Part shown: in pieces, positions 36,265 through 49,800 of the stretch
How the letters are laid out: every line of letters starts with the position of its first letter
How positions within the stretch are numbered: the stretch's first letter is position 1
Assembly: GCA_026770705.1 (NCBI GenBank)
Contig: JANJGN010000016.1
Coordinates: 85,808,001 to 85,872,000, forward strand
Direction of reading: 5' to 3'
Source: Isurus oxyrinchus
Taxonomy: Eukaryota
Length of the DNA stretch: 64,000 nt
Notes under the pieces: model-generated
The model's input: only the letters and a program-made list of their open reading frames with translations
Database searches by the model: none
What the model was told of the DNA's origin: nothing
Translations under genes and position numbers: made by a program

Positions 36265-38020
36265 TCAACACCCAAAGCTTTTTTCCCAATACATTAAGAG
36301 TAAGAGGATAACTAAGGGATGAGTAGGGCCCATAAAAGACCAAAAAGGTAACCTATGTGAGGAGGGGGAGGATGTGGGTATGGTTCTGAATGAATACTTT
36401 GCGTCTGTCTTCACAAAAGAAAGGGAACAATTAGACATTGTTGTTATGGAGGAGGAGTGTGAAATATTGGATGTGATAAACATAGGGAGAGAGGAAGTAT
36501 GAGGGCGATTAGCATCCTTGAGAGTGAAATGTGCCCCAGGCTGTTATCAGAAACCAGGGAGGAAATTGCGAAGGGTCTGACCCTTATTTTCCAATCCTCA
36601 CTAGATACAGGTGAGGTGCCGGAGGACTGGAGGTCTGATAATGTTGCACTTTGTTTAAGCCAAATAATTACAGGCCAGTCATTGTGTCCTCATTGGTGGC
36701 AAATAATTGGAATCAATTCTGATGGGCAGGATAAACTGTCACTTAGAAAGGCACAGATTAATCCAGGACAGTCAGCATGGATTTGATAAGGGAAGGTCAT
36801 GTCTGACTAATTTGTTGATCTTTTTTGAGTAAGTAACAAGGAGGATTGATGAGGGTAGTGTAGTTGATGTTATCTACATGGATTTTAGCAAGGTTTTTGA
36901 GAAGGTTCCACATGGCAGACTGGTTAATAAAATAAAAGCCAATGGGGTCCAGGGGAATGGGGCCTGTTGGATACAAAATTAGCTCAGTGGCTGGGAACAA
37001 AGGGTAATTATTGATGGTGTTTTTGTGACTGGAAGGCTGTTTCCAGTGTGTTTCTGCAGGGCTCAGGCCTAGGTCCCCTGCTTTTTATGTGTATATTAAC
37101 GATTTGGACATAAATGTAGGGGATTGATCAAGGAGTTTACAGGCGACACAAAAATTGGCTGCATGGTAGATAACAAGGAGGATTGTTGTAGGCTGCAGGA
37201 AGATATCAATGGACTGGTCAGGTGGACAGAAAAGTGGCAAATGGAATTCTCCCCAGAGAAGTGTGAGGTGATGCATCTGAGGAGGTCAAACAAAGCAAAG
37301 GAATAATCAATAAATGGGAAGATAATGAGAGGTGTAGAGGAAGTGAGGGACCTTGGGGTGAATGTCCAGACTCCTGAAGGTAGCAGAACAGGTCGATAAG
37401 GTGGTTAAGAAGGAACATGGAATCCTTTCAATCATTAGCCGAGGTATAGAGCAAGGAGGTTATGCTGGAACTGTATAAATCATTAGTTAGGCAACAATTT
37501 GTGTACAGTGCACAGTTGTGGTCACCTCATTACAGGAAGGATGTGATTGCATTAGAGCGGGTACAGAGGAGATTTAACCAGGATGTGGCCAGGACAGGAA
37601 AATTGCAGCTATGAGGAGAGATTGGATTGGCTGGGGTTGTTCTCCTTGGAACAGAGGAGGCTGAGGGGAGATTTGATTGAGATGTACAAAATTATGAGAG
37701 TCTTGGATAGAGTGGATGGGATGGGCCTATTTACTTTAGCAGAGAGGTCAGTGACGAGGGGGCATAGATTTAAAATGATTGGGAGAAAGATTAGTTGGGA
37801 GGTGAGGCTCTGGAACTCACGGCCTGAAAGGGTCACAGAGGCAGGAACCATCAACCCATTTAAAAGGTGTCTGGATATGAACCTCAAGAGCCTTAACCTG
37901 GAGGACTACAGACCAAATGCTGGAAAGTGGCATTCGGCCAGACGGCTCGTATTTCAGTGGCACAGACATGATGGGCTGAGTGGTCTCTTTCTGTGCCAGA
38001 AACTTTCTATCATTTTATTC
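36265..38020 (+). mobile_element. Decayed CR1 LINE ORF2 (RT) with 3' UTR, in the J-C intron
   Basis: EDWRSDNV, SQHGF.KGRSCLTNL, YMDFSK.FEKVPH, LFSLEQRRLRGDLIEMYKI. Confidence 0.92.
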
Positions 38021-38259
38021 TATGACACCCAATCTGAATCCTTTCTGAAGTGGGTTGATCCAAGTGTGCTCCAACATTCTGGGATAAAGTTCTCTCGATG
38101 TGTGTGTGATCTGAGGATTGTTAATGTGAACCTGTTTCCCCGGACAGGCTGATCAATAGTCAGAGCTTTCTGACAGCTTAACAGTGTCTTAGAGGGACAC
38201 TGAGTCTTTAAACGCTCTTACTATTAACCATTTCAGTGATGAATTTGTGGTAACCCTCT

Positions 38260-38610
38260 TTACAAATGTCTAAGTAACAGCCCAATATGATTTAACCAGC
38301 TTAACATCAAACATTTACCTCCTCCCGCTCAATTAATTTGAAACACAACTTGCCCCTTTCCCTGGGATCCCATGAATTTTTAATTTTCTGACTAGTCTGT
38401 CATGTGGAACCTTGTCAGAAGTCTTGCTAAAATCCAAATAGACCACATCAAACTCGCTCCCCTCATCAACCCTCCTTGTTACCTTCTTAAAAAATTCAAG
38501 CAACTTAGTCAGACACGGCCTTCCCTTAACAAGTCCATGTTGACTGTCCTTGGTCGTAACTTTCTCAAAGATGTTTAAAATTTCCCTCAGAATGTTTTCC
38601 AACAATTAAT
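38260..38610 (-). mobile_element. CR1 RT fragment
   Basis: SQHGLVKGRPCLTKLLEFFKKVT...VVYLDFSK..DKVPH. Confidence 0.85.
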
Positions 38611-38899
38611 GTTTCCTCTCTCACTATGGCCGGAATTGTCCGGCCCCATTGGTGTCAGGTGTCATGGTGAGCAGTGGGAATAATATGGTGAGACAGCCAA
38701 AAATCTGAAACTAATGGCCCTCCTGTGGCCAGAGCGGGGTTAGAGGACATCAGGATGGGCCTCCACAGTGTCCAGAAGGCATCCCAGGAATGCGTCACTG
38801 AATCGGGGGCTGCACTCTGCTTGGTTTTTGGGGCCAAGTCTTCACCGGAGCAGCCCCAGGCTGCAAGCATTGAGAAGTGTGCGCACGGCTGCAGTTTAA

Positions 38900-39870
38900 A
38901 TACAGTGTCCAGCTTCTTCAGTGTTGTTGGAGGTGCACTCATCCAGGCAAGTGGAGAGTACTCCAACACATTCCTGACTTGTGCTTTGTAGATGGTGGAC
39001 AGGCTTTGGAGAGTCAGGAGGTGAGTTACTCGTCACATGATTCCTAGCCTCTGACCTGCTCTTGTAGCCACAGTATTTATATGGCTAGTCCAGTTCAGTT
39101 TCTGCTCAATGGTAACCCCCAGGACGTTGATAGTGGGGGATTCAGTGATGGTAATGCTATTGAACATCAAGGGGCGATGGTTGGGTTCTCTCTTGTTGGA
39201 GATGGTCATTGCCTGGCACTTGTGTGGCATGTATGTTACTTGCCACTTGTCAGCCCAAGCCTGGATATTGTCCAGGTCTTGCTGCATTTGTACAGGGACT
39301 GCTACAGTATCTGAGGTGCTGAACATTGTGCAATTATCAGGGAACACACTGACTTCTGACCTTATGATGGAAGGAAGGTCATTGATGAAGCAGCTGAAGA
39401 TGGTTGGGCTGAGGACACTACCCTGAGGAACTCCTGCAGTGATGTCCTGGAGCTGAGATGACTGACCTCCAACAACCACAACCATCTTGCTTTGTGCTAG
39501 GTATGACTCTAACCCACAGAGAGTTTTCCCCCGATTCCCTTTGACTCCAGTTTTGCTCGGGTCCTTGACACCACACTCAGTCAAATGCAGCCTTGATGTC
39601 TATGACAGTCACTCTCTCCTCACCTCGGGAGTTCAGCTCCACTGTCCATGTCTGAACTGAGGCTGTAATGAGGTCAGGAGCTGAGTGGCCCTGGCAGAAC
39701 CCAAACTGGGCCTTAGTGAGCAGGCTATTGCTGAGCAAGTGCCACCTGATAGCACAGTTGATGATCCCTTACATCACTTTACTGATGATGGAGAGTAGAC
39801 TGATGGGGCGGTAATTGGACAGGTTGGATTTGTCCTGCTTTTTGTGTACAGGACATACCTGGGCAATTTT
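38900..39870 (-). mobile_element. Non-LTR retrotransposon (CR1/L2 group) RT region
   Basis: GVPQGSVLSPTIFSCFINDLP...QQDLDNIQAWADKWQV; KIAQVCPVHKKQDKSN..NYRPISLLS at the 5' end. Confidence 0.88.
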
Positions 39871-39874
39871 CCAG

Positions 39875-40360
39875 GTGTTGCTGTGTGCCACACAGCAATG
39901 TGGTTGGCTCTTTACTGCCCTCTGAAGTGGCCCAGCCACCACTCAGTTGTAAGAAACTTCTACATAGTCACATAAAAGGAATGAAACTGGATGGACCACC
40001 CGGCATCTACTTAGGCACCAGAAACTACAACGGCAATCTCAGCCCCGTTGACCCTGCAAAGTCCCCCTTACTAACAACTGGGGGCTAGTGCCAAACGTGG
40101 GAGAACTGTCTCATGGACCAGTCAAGCAACAGCTTGACAAGTCATCCTCACAGAATCATACCTTACAGATAATGACCCAGACACCACCATCACCATCCCC
40201 GGGTATGGCCTGTCCCACCAGCAGGTCAGACCCAGCACAGGTGGCAACACAGTTGCATACAGTCAGTGGGGAGTTGCTCTGGGAATCCTCAAAATCCACT
40301 CCGGACCCCATGAAGTCTCATGTCATCAGGCCAAACACGGAAGGAAACCTCCTCCTGATT
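39875..40360 (+). mobile_element. 5' part (endonuclease start) of a LINE, opposite in orientation to the adjacent RT piece
   Basis: WGLVPNVGELSH..VKQQ.D.VILTESYL.D..PDTTITIPGY (APE endonuclease N-terminus, frameshifted). Confidence 0.65.
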
Positions 40361-40770
40361 ATTTTTATCCCATCCAATATTTCACAATTCTCCATGAAAA
40401 CCTCCCACTGCTTTGACACTGATTTACCTTCATGTTGCTGTTTCCTGTCAATTTCGGCAAATCACAGCTGAGTTAAATTGGCCTTTCCCTAATTTATAAC
40501 TTTTACACTTGGTCTATCTTTATCCTTTTCCATAACTGCTCTAAATCTAACTGAATTATGATCACTATTAGCCAAATACTCTCCCATGATACACCTTCCA
40601 CCTGGCCAGATTCATTCCCTGAAATTGTCTAAAACTGCCCCTTCTCTGTTGGGTTTGTTACATTCGGGCTAAAAGAATTCGCCTGGATGGATTATAAGAA
40701 TTTGACATCATCTATACATTTACACAGATTTGATCCCAGTTAATATTCGGGAAGTTGAAATACATTATAA
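40360..40770 (-). mobile_element. CR1 endonuclease-region fragment
   Basis: Complement of the SDHNS motif (GAATTATGATCACTA), homologous to ~28210-28230. Confidence 0.65.
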
Positions 40771-40805
40771 TGACACTGATTAAACTTCCTTCTCTTCCCT
40801 TTCAG

Positions 40806-41134
40806 GCAGAGAGAAGTCACCACCCACAGTGACCCTGCTGCCCCCCTCCCCAGAGGAGGTCAAGACCAAGGGCACTGCCACCCTGGTGTGCCTTGCCAAT
40901 CACTTCTATCCCGATGAGGTGAAGGTGGAGTGGAAGAAGGACGGTGCAGCCATTTCGGATGGGGTTCAGACCAGCAACTACCTGCGAGCTTCAGACAGCA
41001 CCTACAGCGTCAGCAGCCTGCTGACCCTCTCTGGCTCTGGCTGGGAGTCCAACGCCAGCTTCTCCTGTGTCGTCACCCACGAGAGCCTCTCCTCTCCCCT
41101 CAGCAAGAGCATCAGGAGATCAGAATGTGCGTAG
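40806..41134 (+). CDS. IGKC: Ig kappa-type light-chain constant exon
   Basis: Polypyrimidine acceptor ...CCCTTTCAG at 40805, in phase with J. (S)REKSPPTVTLLPPSPEEV...ATLVCLANHFYPD...EWKKDG...YSVSSLLTLS...FSCVVTHESLSSPLSKSIRRSECA*; penultimate inter-chain Cys. Confidence 0.98.
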
Positions 41135-41309
41135 AGTGTTAGAGACAGTCCACAGAGGAGATACAACTTTAAATAGAACAGGGGTGAGCTGGGAGGGCAA
41201 AGGTCATTGTCAGCACCAAATTACAACTCTCTTCCTTCTCAGGACCGGCTCTGAGACACTTCTGAGGGTCAAGGGTTAACGCACGTTATTGGTGCAGTGT
41301 ACAGTGAGG

Positions 41310-41432
41310 TTCATTCTGTATCTAACACTGTGCTGTACCTGTGCTGGGAGTGTTTGATGGGGACAGTGTAGAGGGAGCTTTACTCTGTATCTAGCCCCCT
41401 GCAGCACCTGTCCTGGGAGTGTTTGATGGGTC
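41310..41432 (+). repeat. ~1.7 units of a 69-bp repeat in the 3' UTR
   Basis: TGTATCTA at 41317 and 41386; CCTGT.CTGGGAGTGTTTGATGGG twice. Resembles a widespread shark tandem repeat (recalled). Confidence 0.75.
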
Positions 41433-41633
41433 AGTTTAATCTCGTGATGCTAAGTTAAACCTTTCTAAGATGCTGAAGACTGTCAGCTGTACAAAAATAA
41501 TGTGACCCTCCGAAGTGTCTGCTTCAGTAAACCAGACCCCTTCCTGCTCACCCTGCAGTTACAATTTAAGGTTTAGTCACTGTTTAAAGGGACAGGATTC
41601 TCATGTTCTGGAGAAAATCTCCACAAGCGTTTT

Positions 41634-41734
41634 AATAAACCTCCATTCTCCCTGTGAATTTCTCCAGCTCCCTCTGGCTGGGCTGTTTATTCAAGTCTTT
41701 TTTCTGTAAATGTCGATGTGTAAAAGGTAATAAA
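41634..41734 (+). terminator. Polyadenylation signals
   Basis: AATAAA at 41634-41639 and 41729-41734; the second is followed by GT-rich GTCTCTGTCTGGTG. Confidence 0.7.
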
Positions 41735-41999
41735 CATTAAGAATATTCAGTCTCTGTCTGGTGAGTGCTTTGGAAATGTCCCACCTCCCCATCAGCTGAT
41801 TGGCTGCCTTTCAGCAAGTGATTGTCCTGATTGGCTGGTTGGCCTGTCAATCAATGACACATCTGCAGCAGATTTGTTTCAAAGCCAAGTATCAATCATT
41901 TTAAAATGATCAGTTTTATCCTGAATCTCTTGAATTTACAAGATTAAAAACAGAAAAGAATCTGGAAGTTGCTGGGATTAAATCATCACAAACACAATT

Positions 42000-43440
42000 C
42001 CCCAAACCATATTCACGACCTCCCCGTGACCTTCCCATCTCACGTGGTCTCGCTACTCCCATAGTTTCAATCACAGATAAGACCATTTCTGATCACTTCC
42101 TTGTATCACTCCCCACCCACATCCCCCTTCCACAGCCCAACCCTACCCCCTTCTGTATCCATCCCTGGAAAAACCTATTCCCCAATTCACTTACAACTGC
42201 ACTTTCACAATCCCAACGATCTGGTCTCTGGCCCTCCGATCACCACAACATTTCTGCAGCTACTGATTTACACAACCTCACCCTCACCTCCACCTTTCAT
42301 ATCCTAGTCCCCAATAAAACCATTCCTCTCCCTCACCCTGGCCCTTCCCCCTGCTACCACCCTCATCTCCACTCACTCAATCCAAGGGAGGCAGACTTGA
42401 AACCGGTTTATCCATCACCGCCAGATCTGGCTGGACGCTCCAAACACTCCCGGCTCCTCCTCTCATCTGCTAAAACTGTCCCTGCTCCGTTACCTCTGGT
42501 GTCCCCCAAGGATCGATCCTTGGCCCCTCCTATTTCTCACCTACGTGCTGCCCCTCGGACACATCATCTGAAAGCATAGTGTTAGTTTTCACATGTACGC
42601 TGAAGACCCCCAGCTCTACCTCACCACCACCTCTCTCAACTCCTCCACTGTTGCTAAATTATCAGACTGCTTATCCCACATCCTGTACTGAGTGAACAGG
42701 AATTCCTCCAATTAAATATTGGGAAGACTGAAGCCATTGTTTCCAGTCCCCACTCCAAACTCTGTTCTCTAACTCCTGACTCCATCCCTCTCCCCGGTAA
42801 AAGTCTGAGATTAAACCCGTCTGTTCACAACCTTGGGGTCACATCTGACCCTGAGATGAGCTTCCAACCTCATATTCGTGACATCAGTAAGACCGCCTAT
42901 TTCCACCTCCATAACATCGCTCGACTTCACCCCAGTCTCAGCTCATCAGCTGTTGAAGCCCTCACCCATGCCTTCGTTACCTCTGGATTGACTATTCCAA
43001 TACACTCCTGGCTGCTCTCCCACATTCTACCCTCCACAATCGTGGGGTCATCCAAAACTCTGCTGCCCGTGTCCTAACTCACAGCGAGTCCCGTTCCCCT
43101 GTCACCCCTGTGCTCACTGACCGACATTGTTTCCTGGTCAAGCAACATCCTGATTTCCCAATTCCCATCCTTGTTTTCAATTCCCTCCATTACCTCACCC
43201 CTCCCTATCTCTGGAATCTCCTCCAGCCCTACAACCCTCCGAGAGATCTGCACTCCTCTAATCCTGGCCTCTGGTGGATTCCTAATCAGAATCGCTCCAC
43301 CATTGGTGGCCCTGCCTTCAGCTGCCTGGGCCCCATGTCTGGAATTCCCTCCCTACACCTCTCCCCGTCTCTCCCTCACTTTCCTCCTTTAAGTCACTCC
43401 TTAAAGTCAACATCTTTGCCAAGCTTTTGGTCGTCTGATC
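42000..43440 (+). mobile_element. L2-type LINE ORF2 remnant
   Basis: SGVPQGSILGP, FHMYAEDPQLY, KTAYFHLHNIARL, HAFVTS, YNPPR.L.SS motifs. Confidence 0.85.
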
Positions 43441-43899
43441 CATTGGCCCAGAAATTCCGATCTCCGGTAGCCCGGAGGCACAGGCCAAGATGCACTGGGG
43501 AACCCCTCGGAATTCCCTACACACTGATTACAAGGGAATTATACAGGAAGTCTGAACTTCCGATGGGAAATTACCCTGTGCCTGGATCCCTCTGAAACTC
43601 TGACTTAAAGCCCGGAGACTTCCGATCATTCCAACTTACTGATTGGAAATGTTACCCGGGAAACGTTAGGAGGATTAAAACCAGTTCTAACTCCTGGGTA
43701 ACTAGACGACTAAAACCCCCAACCCCCAAATATACCCAGGACAACCCCCTCCGCTATTCACCTGGCCCGAGGAATACCCCTGGTCCCCAATGACACCCGA
43801 CTTGAGCATCAGCCCGAATGCCCCTACAGATTCCCCCCTACCTCCCCAATAGCCCCCCAAGCAGCCAAGAACCATCCAAATACAAGAACAACACCCCAG

Positions 43900-46800
43900 C
43901 CCTGACCCACCCTATCCACTCACCGCCCACCTGCCACCCTAACCACTTGCCCAATTACCTGATGCTCTACCCCCTAGCCCACCTGCCTGACACCCTATCC
44001 ACTCACCCACTTACCTGCCACCCTATCCTCTTGCCCACATACCTACCACCCTATCCCCTTACCCAGTTTCCTGACACCCTACCCCCTCACCCACTTACCT
44101 GATACTCTGCCCCCTCACCCACTTACCTGACACACTACCCCCTTGCTCACTTGCCTGCCACCCTACCCCCTCACCCAATCGACTGGCACCCAAACTCCAC
44201 AACCAAATGCCTGACGCTCTACCCCCTCACCTTAGTTCCTGACAATCTACCCCCTCGCCCACTTGCCTGACACTCTGCCTCATCACACAATTACCGGACA
44301 CTCTATCCCCTCACCCACTTGCCTGAAACCCTACCCCCTCAGACACTTCCTGACTCACGACTCCCTCAAGCACTAGCCTGCCATCCTACTCACTCAACTA
44401 CTTACCTGACACTCTACCACCTCACACACTTACCTGGCACATAACTCCCTACCCTACTTGCCTGCCACAATAACCCCTCACCCACTTGCCTGTCACCAAA
44501 ATGCCTCATCCACTTACCCTACACCCAACCTCCTCACCCACTTGCCTGCCACCTTACCCCCTCACTCACTTACCTGACAGTCCAACCCCTATCCCACTTG
44601 TCTGGCACTGTACCCCCCCTCACACACTTACCTGACACACTACCCCCTCACCCACTTACCTAACACCCTACCCCCTCACCCACTTGACACACTACCCCCT
44701 CACCCACTTGCCTGCCACACTACCCCCTCACCCTATTGCATGACACCCTACCCACTCACTCACTTACCTGCCACACTACCCCCTCACCCTATTGCATGAC
44801 ACCCTACCCCCTCAACCACTTGCCAACCACCCTACACCCTCACCCAATATCCTGACACTCCACCACCTCACCCACTTCCTTGCCACCCTACCCCAATGCC
44901 CACTTGCCTGCCATTCTAACCCCTCACCCAATTGTCTGCCACCCTACCCACTCACCCGCTTATCTGACACTCTGCTCCCTCACCCACTTACCTGACAATC
45001 TACGCCCTTACCCAATTGCCTGCCACCCTACCCCCTCACCCACTTGCCTGCCATTCTAACCCCGCACCCAATTGCCTGTCACCCTATCCCTTACGCACTT
45101 ACCTGACACTCAACACCCTCACCCACTTACCTTCCACTCAACCCCCTGGCCCACTTACCTTCCACTCAAACCCGTTACCAACTTACCTGCCACCCTAACC
45201 CCTCGCCAACTTACCTCCGCCCTATCTCCTAAACCAATTACCTGCCACTCTAACCCCTCACACACTTACCCGCCACTCTACCCCCTCACCCAATTACCTG
45301 ACATTCTATCACCTCGCCCACTTGCTTTACACTCAACCTCTTCACCCACTTGCTTGGCACAGTACCCCCTCAACTTATTGCCTGACACCCTACCCACTCA
45401 CCCACTTGCCTGCCACTCTACAACCTCACCCACTTGCATGACACTCTACCCCCTCAATTTATTGCCTGACACCCTACCCACTCACCCACTTGCCTGCCAC
45501 TCTACAACCTCACCCACTTGCATGACACTCTACCCCCTCACCCTATTGCCTGACACCCTACCCCCTCAGACACTTCCTGACACACTACACCCTCAACCAC
45601 TAGCCTGCCATCCTACTCACTCAACCACTTACCTGACACTCTACCACCTCACACACTTACCTGACACACTACTCCCTACCCGACTTGCCTGCCACGATAA
45701 CCCCTCACACACTCGCCTGCCACCAAAACCCCATCACCCACTTGCCTGCCATCTTACCCCCTCACTCACTTACCTGACACCCTAACCCCTCACCCACTTA
45801 CCTGACACACTACCGCCTCACCCACTTCGATGTCACCCTACCCCCTCACCCACTTACCTGACACACTACCGCCTCACCCACTTCGATGTCACCCTACCCC
45901 CTCACCCACTTACCTGACACACTACCCGCTCAACCACTTGACAGCCACCCTACTCCCTCACCCACTTGCTTGACATCTTACCCCCTCGCCCACTTGCCTG
46001 CCACCCTATGCTGTCACCCACATGCCTGCCACCGTATCCCCCAACCAAATTACCTGACACTCTACACCCTCACCCACTTACCTGCCACTCTACAACCTCA
46101 CCCACTTGCATGATACTCTACCCCCTCACCCTATAGCCTGACACCCTACCCACTCACTCACCTGCCTACCACACTACCCCCTCACCCTATTTCCTGACAC
46201 CTTACCCCCACAACCACATACCTGCCACACTACCCCCTCACCCTATTGCCTGACACCATACCCACTCACCCACTTGCCTGCCAATCTACCACCACACACA
46301 CTTGCCTGCCACTCTACCCCCTCTCCCAATCGACTGGCACCCTAACTCCACAACCAAATGCCTGATACTCTATCCCCTCAAATTAGTTCCTGACAATCTA
46401 CCCCCTCGCCCACTTGCCTGACACTCTACCCCCTCACACAATTACCTGACACTCTACCCCCTCACCCACTTGCCTGCCATCCTACTCACTCAACCACTTA
46501 CCTGACACTCTACCACCTCACACACTTACCTGACACATGACCCCCTACCCCACTTGCCTGCCACAATAACCCCTCAGCCACTTGCCTGCCACCAAATCCC
46601 CCTCACCCACTTACCCGACACACAACTCCCTCACCCACTTACCTGACACTCTGCCCCCTCACCCACTTACCTGCCGTCCTACCCCCTCGCCTACTTATCA
46701 AGACAATCTCCCATTCACCAACTTACCTGACAGTCTAGCCCCTCTCCTTTTGCCTGCCGCCCTACACCCTTAATCTACCCCCTCATCCACCTCACCTGAT

Positions 46801-49800
46801 ACACTGCCCCCTCGCCCAATTACCTGACACACTATGCCCTCACCCACTTGCCTGACACCCAACTCCCTCACACACTTACATGACATCCTAACCCCTCAAC
46901 CACTTGCCAGCCACCCTACACCCTCACCCACTATCCTGACATTCTACCACCTCACCCACTTCCTTGCCACCCTATCTCCCTCACCCACTTGCCTGCCATT
47001 CTAACCCCTCACCCACTTACCTGACACTCTAACCCCTCACCCACTTACCTGACACTCTACCCCCTCACCCACTTACCTCACACTCTACTCCCTCGCCCAC
47101 TTACCTGACACTCTACCCCCTCACATACTTGCCTGACACTCTACCCCCTCACCCACTTACCTGACACTCTACCCCCTCACCCACTTACCTGACACTCTAC
47201 CCCCTCACCAACTTACCTGATACTCTACTCCCTCGCCCACTTACCTGACACTCTACCCCCTCACACACTTGCCTGACACCCTACCCCCTCACCCATTTAT
47301 CTGACACCTACCCCTTCATCCACTTACCTGACACACTACCTACTAACCCACTTGCCTGCCATTCCAAACCCTCACTGAATTACCTGTCACCCTATCTCCT
47401 CACCCACTTACCTGACACTCTACACCCTCACCCACTTACCTGACACTCTACCCCCTCACCCACTCACCTGACACTCTGCCCCCTCACCCACTTGCCTGAC
47501 ACTCTATCCCATCACCCACTTACCTGACACTCTACCCCCTCACCCACTTACCTGACACTCTACCCCCTCACCCACTTACCTGACAATCTACCCCCTCACC
47601 CACTTACCTGACACTCTACCCCCTCACTCACTTACCTGACACTCTATCCCCTCACCCACTTGCCTGACACTCTACCCCCTCACCCACTTACCTGACACTC
47701 GACTCCCTCACCCACTTGCCTGACACTCTACCCCCTCACCCACTTACCTGACACTCTACCCCCTCACCCACTTACCTGACACATTACCTACTCACACCCT
47801 TGCCTGCCACACTACCCTCTTACTCACTTGCCTGCCAAGCTACGCCCTCACCCACTGGTCTGACACCCTACACACTCACCCATTTGCCTATTGCCCTACC
47901 CCTTCACACATCTACCTGCCACCCTACACTCTCACCCACTTGCCTGACACTCTACCCCCTCGTCCAGTTACCTGATACTTTACAACCTCACCCACTTACC
48001 TGACACACTGCCCCTCGCCCAAATGCCTGACACTCTACCCCTTCACCAACTTGCCTGCCACCCTACCCCACTGAACCACATTCCTGCCACCTTACACCAT
48101 CATACACTTGCCTGGCACCCTACCCCCTCACCCACTTAGTGACCCACTACCCCCTCACCCACTTGCCTGACAACCTTCCCACTTACACACTTACCTGACA
48201 CTGTACCACCTCATCACTTACCTGACACACTACCCCCTCAACCACTTTCCTGCCACAATACCCCCTCACCCTCTTGCCTGCCACCTTACCCTATCACCCA
48301 CTTACCTGCCACCCTAACCACACACCCGTTTACCTGACACTCTACCCCCCTCACCTAAATGCTTGACACTCTACCCACTGATCCACCTATCTGACAATCT
48401 ACCCCCTCACCCACTTGATGCCACTCTGACCCCTCATCCACTTACTTGCCACTCTACCCACTCACCCGCTTGCCTGCCACCCTACCCCCAGGCCAACGTA
48501 CCAGCCACCCTACCCTCTCACACACTTAACTGGCACCCTACCCGCTCACACACTTGCCAGCCACCCTACCACTTCACCCACCTACCTGACACTCAACACC
48601 CTCGCCTGCCACCCTCACCCACTTACATGACCCAGTACCCATCATATTAGTTCCTGACAATCTACCCCTTTGCCCACTTGCCTGACACCCGACCCTTTCG
48701 CCTGCCACCCTAACCCTGACCCACTTACCTGACACTCTACCTCCTCACCCACTTACCTGACACTCTACCTCCTCACCCACTTACCTGACACTCTACACCC
48801 TCACCCACTTACCTGATACTCTACACTCTCACCCCCTTGTCTGGCACCCTACCCCCTCACCCATTTGCCTGACACCCTACCCCTCACCCAACTACCTGAC
48901 ACTCTACACCCTCACCCACTAGACTGACACTCTCCCCCTCACCAACTTACCTGACACACTAACCCCTTGCCCACTTACCTGACACTCTGCCCCATCGCCC
49001 AATTGCCTGAGACCCTACCCCCTACCCACCTACCTGACAAAATACCCCCTCGCCCACTTGTCTGACACCATACCCCATCACCTTACTGCCTGACACCATA
49101 CCCCTCAAGCACTTACCTGAGACAATAGCCCAACACCCACTTGCCTGCCACTCTACCCCCTCACCCAATCGACTGACACACTACTTCATCACACATTTAC
49201 CTGCCACCCCACCCCCTCACCAACCTGCCTGTGACCCTAACACTAACCCAATTACCTGACTCTCTATCTCCCTCACTCACTTGCCTGACACCCTCGTCCC
49301 TCACCCACGTAGTGACCCACTACCCCCTCACCCACATGCCTGACAACCTACCCACTTACCCACTTACCTGATACAGTAACCCCTCACCCAATTAACTGCC
49401 ATTCTATTCCCTCACTCATTTAGCTGGCTCACTACCCCCTCACCCACTAAACTGACACTGTAAACCCTCACCCACTTACCTGCCACTATGCCCCCACACC
49501 CAATTACCTGCCACCCTACCCATGAACCCACATGCCTGCCATCCTACCCTCTCGCCCACTTACTTGCCACCCTACACCCTCACCCACTTCCCTGACAATC
49601 TAACCCCTCACCCATGTGCCTGCCACCATACTGCCTCCCTCATTTACCTGACACCCTACCCCCTCACCTAAATGCTTGTCACTCTACCCACTAACCCACC
49701 TATCTGACAATCTACCCCCTCACCCACTTGATGCCACTCTGACCCCTCATCCACTTACCTGCCACTCTACCCGCTCACCCACTTGCCTGCCACCCTACCC

